64,000 nt of DNA from the NCBI RefSeq assembly GCF_000737315.1, contig NZ_JMCB01000008.1, positions 1 through 64,000 of the forward strand, written 5' to 3'. The DNA is from Hyalangium minutum. GTDB lineage: Bacteria > Myxococcota > Myxococcia > Myxococcales > Myxococcaceae. Numbering within the stretch: the first letter of the stretch is position 1; each line of letters starts with the position of its first letter. The translations under genes and the position numbers were made by a program. Positions 26,542 through 37,611 of this stretch are shown in pieces. Below the pieces are notes generated by a model. It was given only the letters and a program-made list of their open reading frames with translations, was not told the origin of the DNA and ran no database searches.

Positions 26542-26651
26542 GTCAACGGCTCCTAAGGGGGTGTACTGGCTCCGACGTCCGTCCCCAGCGGTTCTTCAAC
26601 ACCCCCTGGGTAGGGGGGCCCGGAGCACCGGGGAGGACGCCTTATCAGAAA

Positions 26652-29099
26652 TCAGAAGAAGTTGCCGATGGTGAACTCGAAGAGGTAGGGCTCATCTTCC
26701 GGACGCTTGGTCAGGGGGAAGCCCCACTCGAAGCGCAGCGGGCCTACCGGGGAGAACCAGCGGAACCCGAAGCCCACGGAGTGGAAGAGGCCGAGCGGCA
26801 CCTTGTCCTGCCGGTCCTGGAAGAAGCGCTCGTTGCGCGCGAAGGCATTACCCGCGTCATAGAAGAGCACGCCGCGGATGCCGGCCTTCTCGAACACGGG
26901 GAACTCCAGCTCCAGGTTGAGGATGAGCTGCTTGTTGCCGCCCGTGCGGAACTCGGTGACGGTGGCGTCGGGCGACTCGGAGCGGGGCACCGTCAGCGTG
27001 GGGCTGATGCTGCGCAGGAAATAGCCGCGCACGGTGTTGATGCCGCCCAGGTAGTAGAGCTCGGAGATCGGCAGCGGGCTGTCCGACTCCAGTTGCTGGA
27101 TGTAGCCCACCGTGGCGTTCGTCTTGAAGACGAAGCCCAGCGGCATGGGGAAGTACAGGCGCGAGTACGCCGTGTAGCGCGTGTAGAGGAACGTGCCGCC
27201 CAGGAGCTTCGGGGCGAACTCCACCGAGCCGTAGTGGATGAAGCCGCGCGACGGGAACAGGCGGTTGTCGCGGCGATCGAACGAGAGCGACAGGCGCGCG
27301 GCGCTGGTGACACCGCTGAGGAACTGGTTGGCCAGCAGCACCGAGCCCAGCGCCTGGCCGGCCTCCACGTCCACGTACTCGCGGGTGTAGCCCACGGTGC
27401 CCAGCAGGTCGTCCACGAACTGGTAGCCCAGCGAGAGGCTGCCGCCCGTGGAGCGACGCACGAAGCCGTCATAGTCCGCGTCCACCCGGAAGAAGTCCGC
27501 GGACAGCAGGTACTGCGTGTCCAGGAAGTACGGATCGTAGAAGGACAGCTGGATGAGCGACTTGAGGCCGGAGATCTGCGCCGAGGCCGAGACGCTCTGC
27601 CCCCACCCCAGGAAGTTGTTCTGGGACACCTGCGCCGTGAAGATGAAGTTCTCCACGTTGGAGAAGCCCAGGCCCACCTGGAAGGTACCGGTGGCCTTCT
27701 CCTTCACCTCCACCTGGAGGACGATCCTGTCGTCCGCGCTGCCCGGCTTCTGGGTGATGTCCACCGTCTCGAAGAAGCCCAGCGCCGTGACGCGCTCCTT
27801 GCTGCGGCGCACACCCGTGCCGTTGTAGAGCTCGCCCTCGTAGACGCGCAGCTCGCGGCGGATGACCTTGTCGCGCGTCTTCGTGTTGCCGATGACGTCG
27901 ATGCGCTCGATCGTGACTTGCGGGCCCTTCTGGATGTCGAACGTCAGGTCCACCGTCTTCGTGTCCGCGTTCACCGCGGTGACGGGGTTGATGTTCGCGT
28001 AGGCATAGCCCTGGTCGTAGTAGACGTCCGTGATCGTCAGGATGTCCTGCGACAGCTTGGAGCGGTTGAAGCGCTCGCCCTTCGCGGACGTCATCTTCGC
28101 CGCCAGGCCCTCCTCGGCGACGATCAGGTCTCCTCCGAAGCCCAGCTTGCCGATGTCGTACGGCTCGCCCTCGGTCACCTTGAGGGTGATGTAGATGTAG
28201 CGCTTGTCCGCCGACAGCGAGATGACCGGCTTTTCGATGCGGACGTTGATGAAGCCGTAGTCGTAATAAGTGGCCTGGATGACGGCCAGGTCACGCTGGA
28301 AGGCCTCCTCGCGGTAGGTGCCCTCGCTGGTGAGGAAGGAGAAGTAGCCGCCCTCGCGGGTCACCATCACCGCCTTGAGCGTCTCCGGCGTCACCTGGTG
28401 CGCGCCAATGAAGGTGATCTCCTTCACCATCACCTTGGCGTGCTCGTTGATGACGATCACCACGTCGACGTTGGCGCCGCCCTCCACGGGGTCCAGCCGG
28501 TAGGAGACCTCCGCCAGGAAGTAGCCCTTCTCCACGTACTTCTCCTGGACCTTCTTCACCGTGGAGCGCACGGCGTCCATGTCCAGGATGGTGGCGGGCT
28601 TCACGTCGATCTGTTCCTTCAGATCGTCGTTGCTCAGCTCATCGTTGCCGCTCAGCTTCACGGAGCGAACAGCGGGGCGCTCCTGCACGCGCACCACGTA
28701 GGCGATGCCCTTGGGCAGGTGCTGCACCAGCAGCTGAACATCCGTGAAGTAGCCCAGGCCCCAGACGGCCCGGAGATCGTCGGCCGTGCGGAGCGGATCG
28801 TAGACAGAGCCCTCCTTCGTCACGAGGGCGCGGCGGATGGCCTCGGCCTCGACGCGGCGGTTGCCTTCGATGCGGACCTCGACGACGCGCTCGCTCAGCT
28901 CCTCGGCGGTCGTCGCGTCCTCGTCCACCGGAGCATCCGCGGGAGGCGTGGCGGTATTAGGGGCCTGGGTCTGCCGCGCAGGGGACGCCGGGGGCGCACC
29001 CGTCTCCGCCTGTGCGAGCGCACGGCCGGGTACGAGCGCCCACAGGGTCAGCGCGAACAGAGGCAGGAGCGTCTTCAGAGACAGAACGGGAGACCTCAA
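26652..29099 (-). CDS. bamA: Outer-membrane protein assembly factor BamA
   Basis: POTRA repeats (IEGNRRVE, GNTKTRDKVIRREL), LGGINTVRGY, SPVGPLRFEWG, FEFTIGNFF; start uncertain (TTG at 29099). Confidence 0.95.
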   Translation of the reverse strand: MRSPVLSLKTLLPLFALTLWALVPGRALAQAETGAPPASPARQTQAPNTATPPADAPVDEDATTAEELSERVVEVRIEGNRRVEAEAIRRALVTKEGSVYDPLRTADDLRAVWGLGYFTDVQLLVQHLPKGIAYVVRVQERPAVRSVKLSGNDELSNDDLKEQIDVKPATILDMDAVRSTVKKVQEKYVEKGYFLAEVSYRLDPVEGGANVDVVIVINEHAKVMVKEITFIGAHQVTPETLKAVMVTREGGYFSFLTSEGTYREEAFQRDLAVIQATYYDYGFINVRIEKPVISLSADKRYIYITLKVTEGEPYDIGKLGFGGDLIVAEEGLAAKMTSAKGERFNRSKLSQDILTITDVYYDQGYAYANINPVTAVNADTKTVDLTFDIQKGPQVTIERIDVIGNTKTRDKVIRRELRVYEGELYNGTGVRRSKERVTALGFFETVDITQKPGSADDRIVLQVEVKEKATGTFQVGLGFSNVENFIFTAQVSQNNFLGWGQSVSASAQISGLKSLIQLSFYDPYFLDTQYLLSADFFRVDADYDGFVRRSTGGSLSLGYQFVDDLLGTVGYTREYVDVEAGQALGSVLLANQFLSGVTSAARLSLSFDRRDNRLFPSRGFIHYGSVEFAPKLLGGTFLYTRYTAYSRLYFPMPLGFVFKTNATVGYIQQLESDSPLPISELYYLGGINTVRGYFLRSISPTLTVPRSESPDATVTEFRTGGNKQLILNLELEFPVFEKAGIRGVLFYDAGNAFARNERFFQDRQDKVPLGLFHSVGFGFRWFSPVGPLRFEWGFPLTKRPEDEPYLFEFTIGNFF

Positions 29100-29175
29100 G
29101 GGACAGTCGGCCTGTAAAGGGCGGGGCAATCTAAGGGATAGGTTCGGCGTCCCTCAATCCAAAAGCGCGGAGGGT

Positions 29176-29850
29176 TCACGCGTCCGTCACCTGCCCGCCT
29201 GCAAGGCGCAGGCGCCGAGGCATGGACCGGGCCAGCGTCTCGTTGTGGGTGACGACCACCGCCGTGATGCCCAGGTCCCGGTTCACATCCCTCAAGAGCT
29301 GGTGGATGCCCTCGCCGGTGGCCGGGTCCAGGTTGCCGGTCGGCTCGTCGGCCAGCAAGACGGCAGGCTGGAGCACCAGGGCGCGGGCCAGGGCAACGCG
29401 CTGGGCCTCGCCGCCGGAGAGCTCGCCGGGCTTGTGGTCCACACGGGAGCCCAGCCCCACCCGCTCCAGCAGCTCGCGGGCCGTGGCGTACGTCTTGGCC
29501 CGGTCCGCCCGCTGCACGAGCGCCGGCATGGCCACGTTCTCCAGGGCGGTGAACTCCGGCAGCAGGTAGTGGCTCTGGAAGACGAAGCCGATGGTGCGGT
29601 TGCGGAACTCGGCGATCTCCGCGTCGCTCATGGCGAACACGGAGCGGCCCTCGAAGAACACCTCGCCAGCGGCCGGGGCGTCCAGGGTGCCCAGCACGTG
29701 GAGGAAGGTGCTCTTGCCTGCGCCGGAGGGCCCCACGAGGCTCACCAGCTCGCCGCGCTCGATGTCCAGCGAGACGGCGCGCAGCACGTCGATGCGCTTG
29801 CCGTGCAGGAAGTAGCTCTTGAAGACGTTGCGGATGGAGAGGAATGCCAT
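29176..29850 (-). CDS. lolD: Lipoprotein-releasing ABC ATPase LolD
   Basis: GPSGAGKST, IGFVFQSHYLLPEFTALENV, LSGGEAQR, ADEPTGNLD, VVTHN. Confidence 0.9.
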   Translation of the reverse strand: MAFLSIRNVFKSYFLHGKRIDVLRAVSLDIERGELVSLVGPSGAGKSTFLHVLGTLDAPAAGEVFFEGRSVFAMSDAEIAEFRNRTIGFVFQSHYLLPEFTALENVAMPALVQRADRAKTYATARELLERVGLGSRVDHKPGELSGGEAQRVALARALVLQPAVLLADEPTGNLDPATGEGIHQLLRDVNRDLGITAVVVTHNETLARSMPRRLRLAGGQVTDA

Positions 29851-29853
29851 GGC

Positions 29854-32283
29854 CTACTCCGCCTTGAGCCCTTCGACCGGCTCCACACTGCTGGCCTTGA
29901 GCGCCGGATAGATGGAGGCCAGGTACGTGACGAGCACCGCGATGACCACGGCCAGGATCGTCTGCACGGGCTCGATCTTCACCGGCAGCGCGGGGATGTA
30001 ATAGACCTGCGGGTCCAGCTTGATGCCCACTTTCTCGATGAAGAGGCACCAGGCCAGGCCGGACAACAGCCCCAGCAGGCCTCCGGCCACGCCAATCTGC
30101 AGGCCCTCCGCGAGGAAGATCTTCACGATGCCGCCGTCGGGCACGCCCAGCGCCTTGAGGACGGAGATCTCCTTGCGCTTCTCCAGCACCAGCATGATGA
30201 CCGTGGCGACGATGAGCCCCGCGGCCACGATGATGATGATGGAGAGGATGATGCCCATCACCAGCTTCTCCAGGCGCAGCGCGGAGAAGAGGTTGCGGTT
30301 GGTCTCGCTCCAGTCGCGAGCCCGGTAGGGGTAGCTGCCCAGCTTGCGGACCACCTCGGCGGCGATGTGCCGCGCGTCGTCGATGTCCGCCACCTTGAGA
30401 TCGATGCCGTTGGCGCCCTTCACGTCGAAGAACTTCGCGGCCTCGTCCAGCAAGATGTAGACGAACTTGGCGTCATACTCGTACATGCCCGAGTAGAAGA
30501 CGCCAGCCACGCGGAATACGCGGCTCTTCGGCATGGGCCCCTGCGGCCCCAGCTCCGTGCCCAGCGGCGAGACGATGTTCACCTTGTCGCCCACCACCAC
30601 GCGCAGGGCTGCGGCCAGCTCGCGCCCGAGGACGATGCCCGCCAGCACCTGCTCCTGTGCCGGCTTCGTCCTCTTGCCGATGATGGGGTCCTCCTCCTCT
30701 TCCTCCTCGGGAGCGCTCTGCGTGCCGGAGCCCTGCCCGCCCGCGGGCTTGTCGTCCAGCATGGGCCCGCCCGCGCCTCGGCGCACGCGGTCAGAGAGGA
30801 TGAGCTCCGGCTTCTTGAGGTACTCCAGCGAGCCGCCCGGCAGCATGTACCCCGGCAGGTCCGTCACCGAGCCCACCGTGTCCGGATCGATGCCCTTGAT
30901 GACCACGCCGTCCACGTTGCCGTCCGAGACGATCATCACCTGGTTGGTGATGAACGGCGACTGGCCGATGACGCCGGGCACCTTGGCGATCTGCTCCATC
31001 AGCTTGGGGTACTCGGGCAGGTCTCCCGCGTACTTGGACACCACCGCGTGCGCGTGCGTGCCGAGGATCTTCTGCTGCAGATCGATCTCGAAGCCGCTCA
31101 TCACCGACAGCACGACGATGAGCGCCATCACGCCCACGCCGACGCCGCCCACGGACAGCGCCGTCATCATCATCGTGGGCGACTGCTCGCGCAGCTTGAG
31201 CTTGTGGAGCGCCTCGGCGGCGGCGAGCGGATCGGCCAGGCCCAGGGCGCGGATACGGGTGCGCTCGACCGCGGCCTCCACTGCCCGGACGATGCCGTAG
31301 ATGAGCAGCGGCGGGACGATGCCCAGCATCAGCACCGCCATGGTGCCCAGCAGCAGCGAGGGGCGGAACACCGCCACATGCCGGCGGGCCACGAACAGCT
31401 CGAAGCCCGCGCGCAGATCCAACCGGCCGCTGCCCGCTGCGACGAAGCCGGAGTTGATGCCGAGCACCAGCATCAGCACGAGCAGCCCGAACACCAGCCA
31501 GTAGGACAGCTCGGGGCGGCCGATGAGACCCGCGACGTAGGTGACTTCACGCAGCAGGGGCCCCAGGCGAGCCTGGAGGATGCTCACCCGATCCAGCAGC
31601 GTGAGCAGGATGGGGATGGGCAGGCCCAGGTAGAAGACACCGATGGTGGCCTCGGGCAGCGACAGCCGCTTGGCCCGCGCCGCGCCGATAGCTCCCGAGA
31701 TGAACGCCACGCCGCACGCCACCAGGAGCGCCACCGCGAAGGCCCAAGGAGGCGCCAGCTTCCACGAGCTGGAGGCCGCTGTCGCCTCGTCCAGTTGCAC
31801 GCCGCTGGAGAGCAGCGTCTGCAGCAGGATGAGGACCATCTCCGCCAGCAGGACACCGCCGCCGTAGGCCCCCAACGTGCTCCAGTAGAAGTCCCGATAG
31901 CCCGCGAGCCGGGGGTACAGCGTGGCTCCCGCGGCGGGGCTCGGGCCCTCGGTGGTAGCCGGAGCCCGGCGAATGCCCGCAGCCAGGATGCCCCAGCCGG
32001 CCAGCCAGGCGAGCGTGCCCGCCACGAGGAACTGCGTGCCCCCGAGCGCCAGCGGCTGCTTCAGCCCGAGCTCGACCGGGATGATGGACAGGGCGTTGAG
32101 GGTGGACAGGAGACTGCCCCACCCCATGAGCGACACACCGAGCGAGCTGGCCACCTCGGCCCAGGCCTGAGAACGGGAAACAGCCACCCCGAGCAGCACG
32201 AAGCCCACGAGGGCCACGAGCGAGCCGGCCCAGATGAGGCCCCAGCGATAGACGGTCTGCCGTTCAGCGGTTTGCACAGGCAC
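29854..32283 (-). CDS. LolC/E (FtsX-like) permease with long N-terminal membrane extension
   Basis: SVGGVGVGVMALIVVLSVMSGFE, FYSGMYEYD, DWSETNRNLFSALRLEK, EKRKEISVLKALG, YPALKAS; adjacent to lolD. Confidence 0.85.
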   Translation of the reverse strand: MPVQTAERQTVYRWGLIWAGSLVALVGFVLLGVAVSRSQAWAEVASSLGVSLMGWGSLLSTLNALSIIPVELGLKQPLALGGTQFLVAGTLAWLAGWGILAAGIRRAPATTEGPSPAAGATLYPRLAGYRDFYWSTLGAYGGGVLLAEMVLILLQTLLSSGVQLDEATAASSSWKLAPPWAFAVALLVACGVAFISGAIGAARAKRLSLPEATIGVFYLGLPIPILLTLLDRVSILQARLGPLLREVTYVAGLIGRPELSYWLVFGLLVLMLVLGINSGFVAAGSGRLDLRAGFELFVARRHVAVFRPSLLLGTMAVLMLGIVPPLLIYGIVRAVEAAVERTRIRALGLADPLAAAEALHKLKLREQSPTMMMTALSVGGVGVGVMALIVVLSVMSGFEIDLQQKILGTHAHAVVSKYAGDLPEYPKLMEQIAKVPGVIGQSPFITNQVMIVSDGNVDGVVIKGIDPDTVGSVTDLPGYMLPGGSLEYLKKPELILSDRVRRGAGGPMLDDKPAGGQGSGTQSAPEEEEEEDPIIGKRTKPAQEQVLAGIVLGRELAAALRVVVGDKVNIVSPLGTELGPQGPMPKSRVFRVAGVFYSGMYEYDAKFVYILLDEAAKFFDVKGANGIDLKVADIDDARHIAAEVVRKLGSYPYRARDWSETNRNLFSALRLEKLVMGIILSIIIIVAAGLIVATVIMLVLEKRKEISVLKALGVPDGGIVKIFLAEGLQIGVAGGLLGLLSGLAWCLFIEKVGIKLDPQVYYIPALPVKIEPVQTILAVVIAVLVTYLASIYPALKASSVEPVEGLKAE

Positions 32284-32288
32284 CTTGG

Positions 32289-33842
<1,554 letters not shown>

Positions 33843-33866
33843 GGCGCGTCCCTTCAAGGGCGCGGC

Positions 33867-33895
33867 ACCGTAGCCAAGCGCTCCCCGGGACGCAA
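33867..33895 (-). promoter_or_regulatory. Putative sigma70 promoter of lysS
   Basis: TTGCGT-N17-TACGGT followed by GC-rich GCCGCGCCC. Confidence 0.55.
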
Positions 33896-33957
33896 CGCAT
33901 CATGTCCTGTTTATGAGAGCCGGAAGGTTCGCTCGGAGTCTCTCCCCGGCAGGGAGG

Positions 33958-34341
33958 TCACGAAGCGGACAGCATCAGGAAGGCGGCCACCGCCGCGGCT
34001 AGCAGCAGCGGAATCAGCACCTCCACGGGCACCCGGTGGTAATTGTGCGCCAGGTGCAGCTTGCGCAGCCCGAACCGCCGCTCGCGCTTCACCCGGTTCA
34101 GCACCATCGACGTCATCACCGGCGGCGCCTTCTCCCGCTCCACCGTGCGAACCCGCTGGACCGTCTTCTCGTACCGCACCCACCCCGCACGGCACTCATC
34201 GCAGCCGTCCAGGTGCGAACGCACCGCCGTCGCCTGCGGCTCCGGCAGTTCCTCGTCAGCCAGCGCGAAGAACAGCGCCTTCGCTTCCCGGTGGTTCAGT
34301 TGCGGTTCCACGTCCCTCAGTCTCCGCTGAATCCCACTCAT
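33958..34341 (-). CDS. Zinc-binding (ZAS) anti-sigma factor with C-terminal TM helix
   Basis: HLDGCDEC (HxxxCxxC); hydrophobic C-terminus; overlaps the ECF stop by 4 nt; start could be the GTG at 34311. Confidence 0.85.
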   Translation of the reverse strand: MSGIQRRLRDVEPQLNHREAKALFFALADEELPEPQATAVRSHLDGCDECRAGWVRYEKTVQRVRTVEREKAPPVMTSMVLNRVKRERRFGLRKLHLAHNYHRVPVEVLIPLLLAAAVAAFLMLSAS

Positions 34342-34976
34342 TCCTCAAGCCGCCCCAGCAGGTCCGCCAGTTTCTCACGCGCCCGGTGCAACCTGCTCTT
34401 CACCGTCCCCTCCGCCAACTCCGTGATCTCGATAATTTCCTCGTAACTCAGCCCTTCAATATCTCGCAGCGCCACCAACATCCGCGCGTCCGGCTCCAGC
34501 TGCGAGATCGCCCACTGCACCCGCGCCCGCTCCCGCGCCGACTCCAATGCCGCGTCAGGCCCTGGCGGTGCGCCCATGGCATTCATCAGCGCATCTTCGC
34601 CCACTTCTCCATACTCCTCGGAGCGGCCCCGGCCTCGGCGCTTCAGGTACTTGAGGCGGTTGATGCACTGGTTCTTGCTGATGCGGAAGATCCACGTGGA
34701 CAGCTTGGAGTCCTCGCGGAACTTGCCCACGTTCTGGTGGATGCTCACGAAGATCTCCTGGACGAGATCACTCGCCTCCTCGCGGTCCCCCAGCATCCGG
34801 ACGCAGAAGTCGTAGACCCGGTCCTGGTGCTCGCGCACGAGCACCTCGAAGGCCTCGGGCTCGCCCCGGCGCAGCCTCGCCAGGAGCAGACGGTCACCCT
34901 CCCCGTCCACCGCCCCAGCCTCCTGTCCTATGCCGAGCACTTCGCTCGAAGACACCGGCACCCTCCGTGGCCCCAC
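34338..34976 (-). CDS. ECF sigma factor
   Basis: AFEVLVREHQDRVY, DLVQEIF, LSTWIFRI..N, LRDIEGLSYEEI, GTVKSRLHRAR; exact start uncertain. Confidence 0.93.
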   Translation of the reverse strand: MGPRRVPVSSSEVLGIGQEAGAVDGEGDRLLLARLRRGEPEAFEVLVREHQDRVYDFCVRMLGDREEASDLVQEIFVSIHQNVGKFREDSKLSTWIFRISKNQCINRLKYLKRRGRGRSEEYGEVGEDALMNAMGAPPGPDAALESARERARVQWAISQLEPDARMLVALRDIEGLSYEEIIEITELAEGTVKSRLHRAREKLADLLGRLEE

Positions 34977-35027
34977 TCCCAGGCATCCCTGCAGCCTACT
35001 ACATCGGCTCCGGCTGCCCGCGGACCC

Positions 35028-35055
35028 TTGGACACCGGGCCCGCGAAGAGGTTCC
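35028..35055 (-). promoter_or_regulatory. Putative autoregulatory ECF promoter
   Basis: GGAACC-N16-GTCCAA on the minus strand between the prfB stop and the ECF gene. Confidence 0.6.
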
Positions 35056-35066
35056 CGGAGGCGCGA

Positions 35067-36189
35067 TTAGTCGACGGCGGCGTTGCGGTTGGGGTTCTTC
35101 ACCCCGAGCAGCTGCGCGGTGATGAAGTCGTCCAGGCTGCCGTCCAGCACCGAGTCCACGTTGCCCGTCTCCACGCCCGTGCGCAGGTCCTTCACCATGC
35201 GGTACGGCGCCAGAACGTAGCTGCGGATCTGCGAGCCGAAGGAGATGTCCTTCTTCTGCGCCTCGGCCGCGTCGCGCTCGGCCTCGCGCCTCTTCAGCTC
35301 CATCTCGTACAGGCGCGCCCGGAGGATCTTGAACGCCATGTCCTTGTTGGCCGACTGCGAGCGCTCCGTCTGGCAGGTGATCAGGATGCCCGTGGGCAGG
35401 TGCCGCAGCTGCGCCGTGGACGAAGTCTTGTTCACCTTCTGGCCGCCCGCGCCGCCGCCCCGGATGAACTTCAGCTCGTAGTCCTTCTCCGGGATGTCGA
35501 TCTTGATGGAGTCATCCACCTCTGGGTAGACGTCCACCGAGGCAAAGGCCGTCTGCCGCCGCGCGTTCGCATCGAACGGGCTGATGCGCACCAGCCGGTG
35601 CACGCCGATCTCCGCCTTGAGGTAGCCGTAGGCGTACTCGCCCTTGATGTGGAGCGAGACGTTCTTGAAGCCCGCCTCCTCGCCCGCGACCATGTCGTTG
35701 ACTTCCACTTCCCAGCCGCGCTGCTCGCAGAAGCGCGTGTACATGCGCATCAGCATGGCCGCCCAGTCCATGCTGTCCGTGCCGCCCGCGCCCGCGTTGA
35801 TGTCCATGAAGCAGTTGCTGCGGTCGTTCTCACCCGACAGCATCCGCGCCAGTTCCAGCTTGGCGACCTCCGCCTCCAGCGCCGGCAGCGTGCTCTCCGC
35901 CTCTTGGGCGCTGGCCTCGTCATGGGCCTCCTGCGCCAGCTCCATCAGCGTCTGCGCGTCGTCCAGGCCCCGGAGCGTCTTGTCAAAGGAGCCGACGCTG
36001 GCTTCCAGGTTGGACTTCTCCTTCAGCAGCGACTGGGCCTTGGTGTTGTCGTCCCAGAAGGTGGGCTGCGTGGAGTCACGCTCGATCAGCGAGATGCGGG
36101 ACCGCTTGCGGTCGAGGTCAAAGATGCCCCCGGAGCGCGAGCAGGCGCTCCCGAAGGCTGCCGATCTTCTCCATCGTGTCGTTCGCCAT
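35067..36189 (-). CDS. prfB: Peptide chain release factor 2, translated via a programmed +1 frameshift
   Basis: ORF1 MANDTMEKIGSLRERLLALRGHL ends in CTT TGA C (36123-36117); the +1 frame continues DLDRKRSRI..; SPF, GGAGGQ and RSYVL motifs. Confidence 0.96.
36117..36132 (-). other. prfB +1 frameshift cassette
   Basis: CGGGGG CAT CTT TGA C: SD-like G-run, 3-nt spacer, slippery CUU-U, UGA-C stop. Confidence 0.93.
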
Positions 36190-36222
36190 GGTGCTTTCCT
36201 CGTTGAACGCGCGGCGTGCGCG

Positions 36223-37536
36223 CTAGGGAGTCTTCAGGGTGGAAGAGAGGGGCTGACGCTCGGACTTGCGGCTTCCTGAGGCCACCTGCGCCAGCAGCCG
36301 GTCCAGATCGAAGGCGCCCGAGAAGCCCAGCGAGATGGGCAGGATGAAGGCGATCAGCCGCCAGTTATCCTGGTTGAACGCCGGGAGGAGCTTGAGTGCC
36401 AGCCCGAGCGTCCCGGTGGCCGCCAGCGTCCGCCACAGGAAGCGCAGCCCCGAGCGCGCCCGCGCCGAGCCCCACGTCAGCATGAGCCCCAGCGGCGCCA
36501 CCAGCAGCGTGAGCGGGTTGGCCAGGAAGAGGTTCTCGTTGCGGTACGTCACCGTGTGGTCCGTGAAGAGCCACATGATCATCAGCACGGTGCCCGGCAA
36601 GCCCAGCACCAGTCCCAGCACCACCTGCTCCAGCCCCAGCAGCACACGCGGCAGCCGAGCCCCTCGCCGTCCCCAGTACGCCAGCCCCACCGCACTGCCA
36701 CCGATGGCCAGGCCCAGCAGGAGCATCCATGGGCCGTAGTTCGGCGGCTCCTCGGGAGGCGGCTTCCGGTCGGACTTGTAGAACTCCCAGCTGCGCGCGA
36801 CAAGCGGCGCCTTCTGCCCGTCTGGCCCCGTCACCTGGAGCGAGCCCACCTGCCGCTCCAGCTCGTCCGGGAGGAAGGCCTCCTCCCAACGGGTGACGGG
36901 CCGGTCGATCTCGTCGTTCATCAGGAAGTCGAGAAGCACGCTCATGGGCGCGCTGACCGCGGTGTAGCGCCGCGTGTGCTCGCGCAGCGTCATCCGCCCC
37001 GGGGCCTTGTCCGCCTCCCGGAGCTGTCCACCAATGGCTCGGTCCACCATGTCCCGGAGCCGGGTGACGCAGTTGTCGTTGTAGTGGTGGTAGAGATACT
37101 CGCGGTTCTCCGGCAGGACGTTCGTCGCGAGCAGGCGGCCAATCTCCTCACGCTGCACGGGCGTCAGGTTCAGCTCCTGGACGCGCACGTCCCGGTTGTA
37201 CGCCCGGTAGGCCCGGTAGGTCCCCGCCACGCTCGCCTCGGCCACCCAGAACTCCAGCCGCCCCATCGCGTAGCGGCCGAGCATGGTCGAGTCGAAGGAG
37301 AACATCCCGTAGTTGTAGAGGCGCGCCGCACCCAGCCGCTTGTCCTCCACCACCAGCGAGCCATGCCCCCACCACGAGGCCACGTCATCCCCAGGGCTGA
37401 ACGTCACCAGCGAGATGACCAGATCCTCGCCCTTGCTCTCCCCAGTCCCCCAGGGAGGCGGTGAGGCCGCGAGGGCCGGTGCCGCGAAGAGCAGCAGGCC
37501 GAGCAGGCAGGCAATCCATGGCGCAGATCGGGGCAT
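36223..37536 (-). CDS. DUF4105/Lnb-like membrane protein
   Basis: Signal peptide, TFSPG, WWGHGSL, YNYGMFSF, QELNLT, YHHYNDNCVTRLRD, four C-terminal TM helices. Confidence 0.8.
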   Translation of the reverse strand: MPRSAPWIACLLGLLLFAAPALAASPPPWGTGESKGEDLVISLVTFSPGDDVASWWGHGSLVVEDKRLGAARLYNYGMFSFDSTMLGRYAMGRLEFWVAEASVAGTYRAYRAYNRDVRVQELNLTPVQREEIGRLLATNVLPENREYLYHHYNDNCVTRLRDMVDRAIGGQLREADKAPGRMTLREHTRRYTAVSAPMSVLLDFLMNDEIDRPVTRWEEAFLPDELERQVGSLQVTGPDGQKAPLVARSWEFYKSDRKPPPEEPPNYGPWMLLLGLAIGGSAVGLAYWGRRGARLPRVLLGLEQVVLGLVLGLPGTVLMIMWLFTDHTVTYRNENLFLANPLTLLVAPLGLMLTWGSARARSGLRFLWRTLAATGTLGLALKLLPAFNQDNWRLIAFILPISLGFSGAFDLDRLLAQVASGSRKSERQPLSSTLKTP

Positions 37537-37611
37537 GTTCTGTCCAACAGCGAGAGCCCTACCTACCTATCATGCGCGCCGCGCGACACAACGGAGAGGT
37601 TCGCCCGACTG

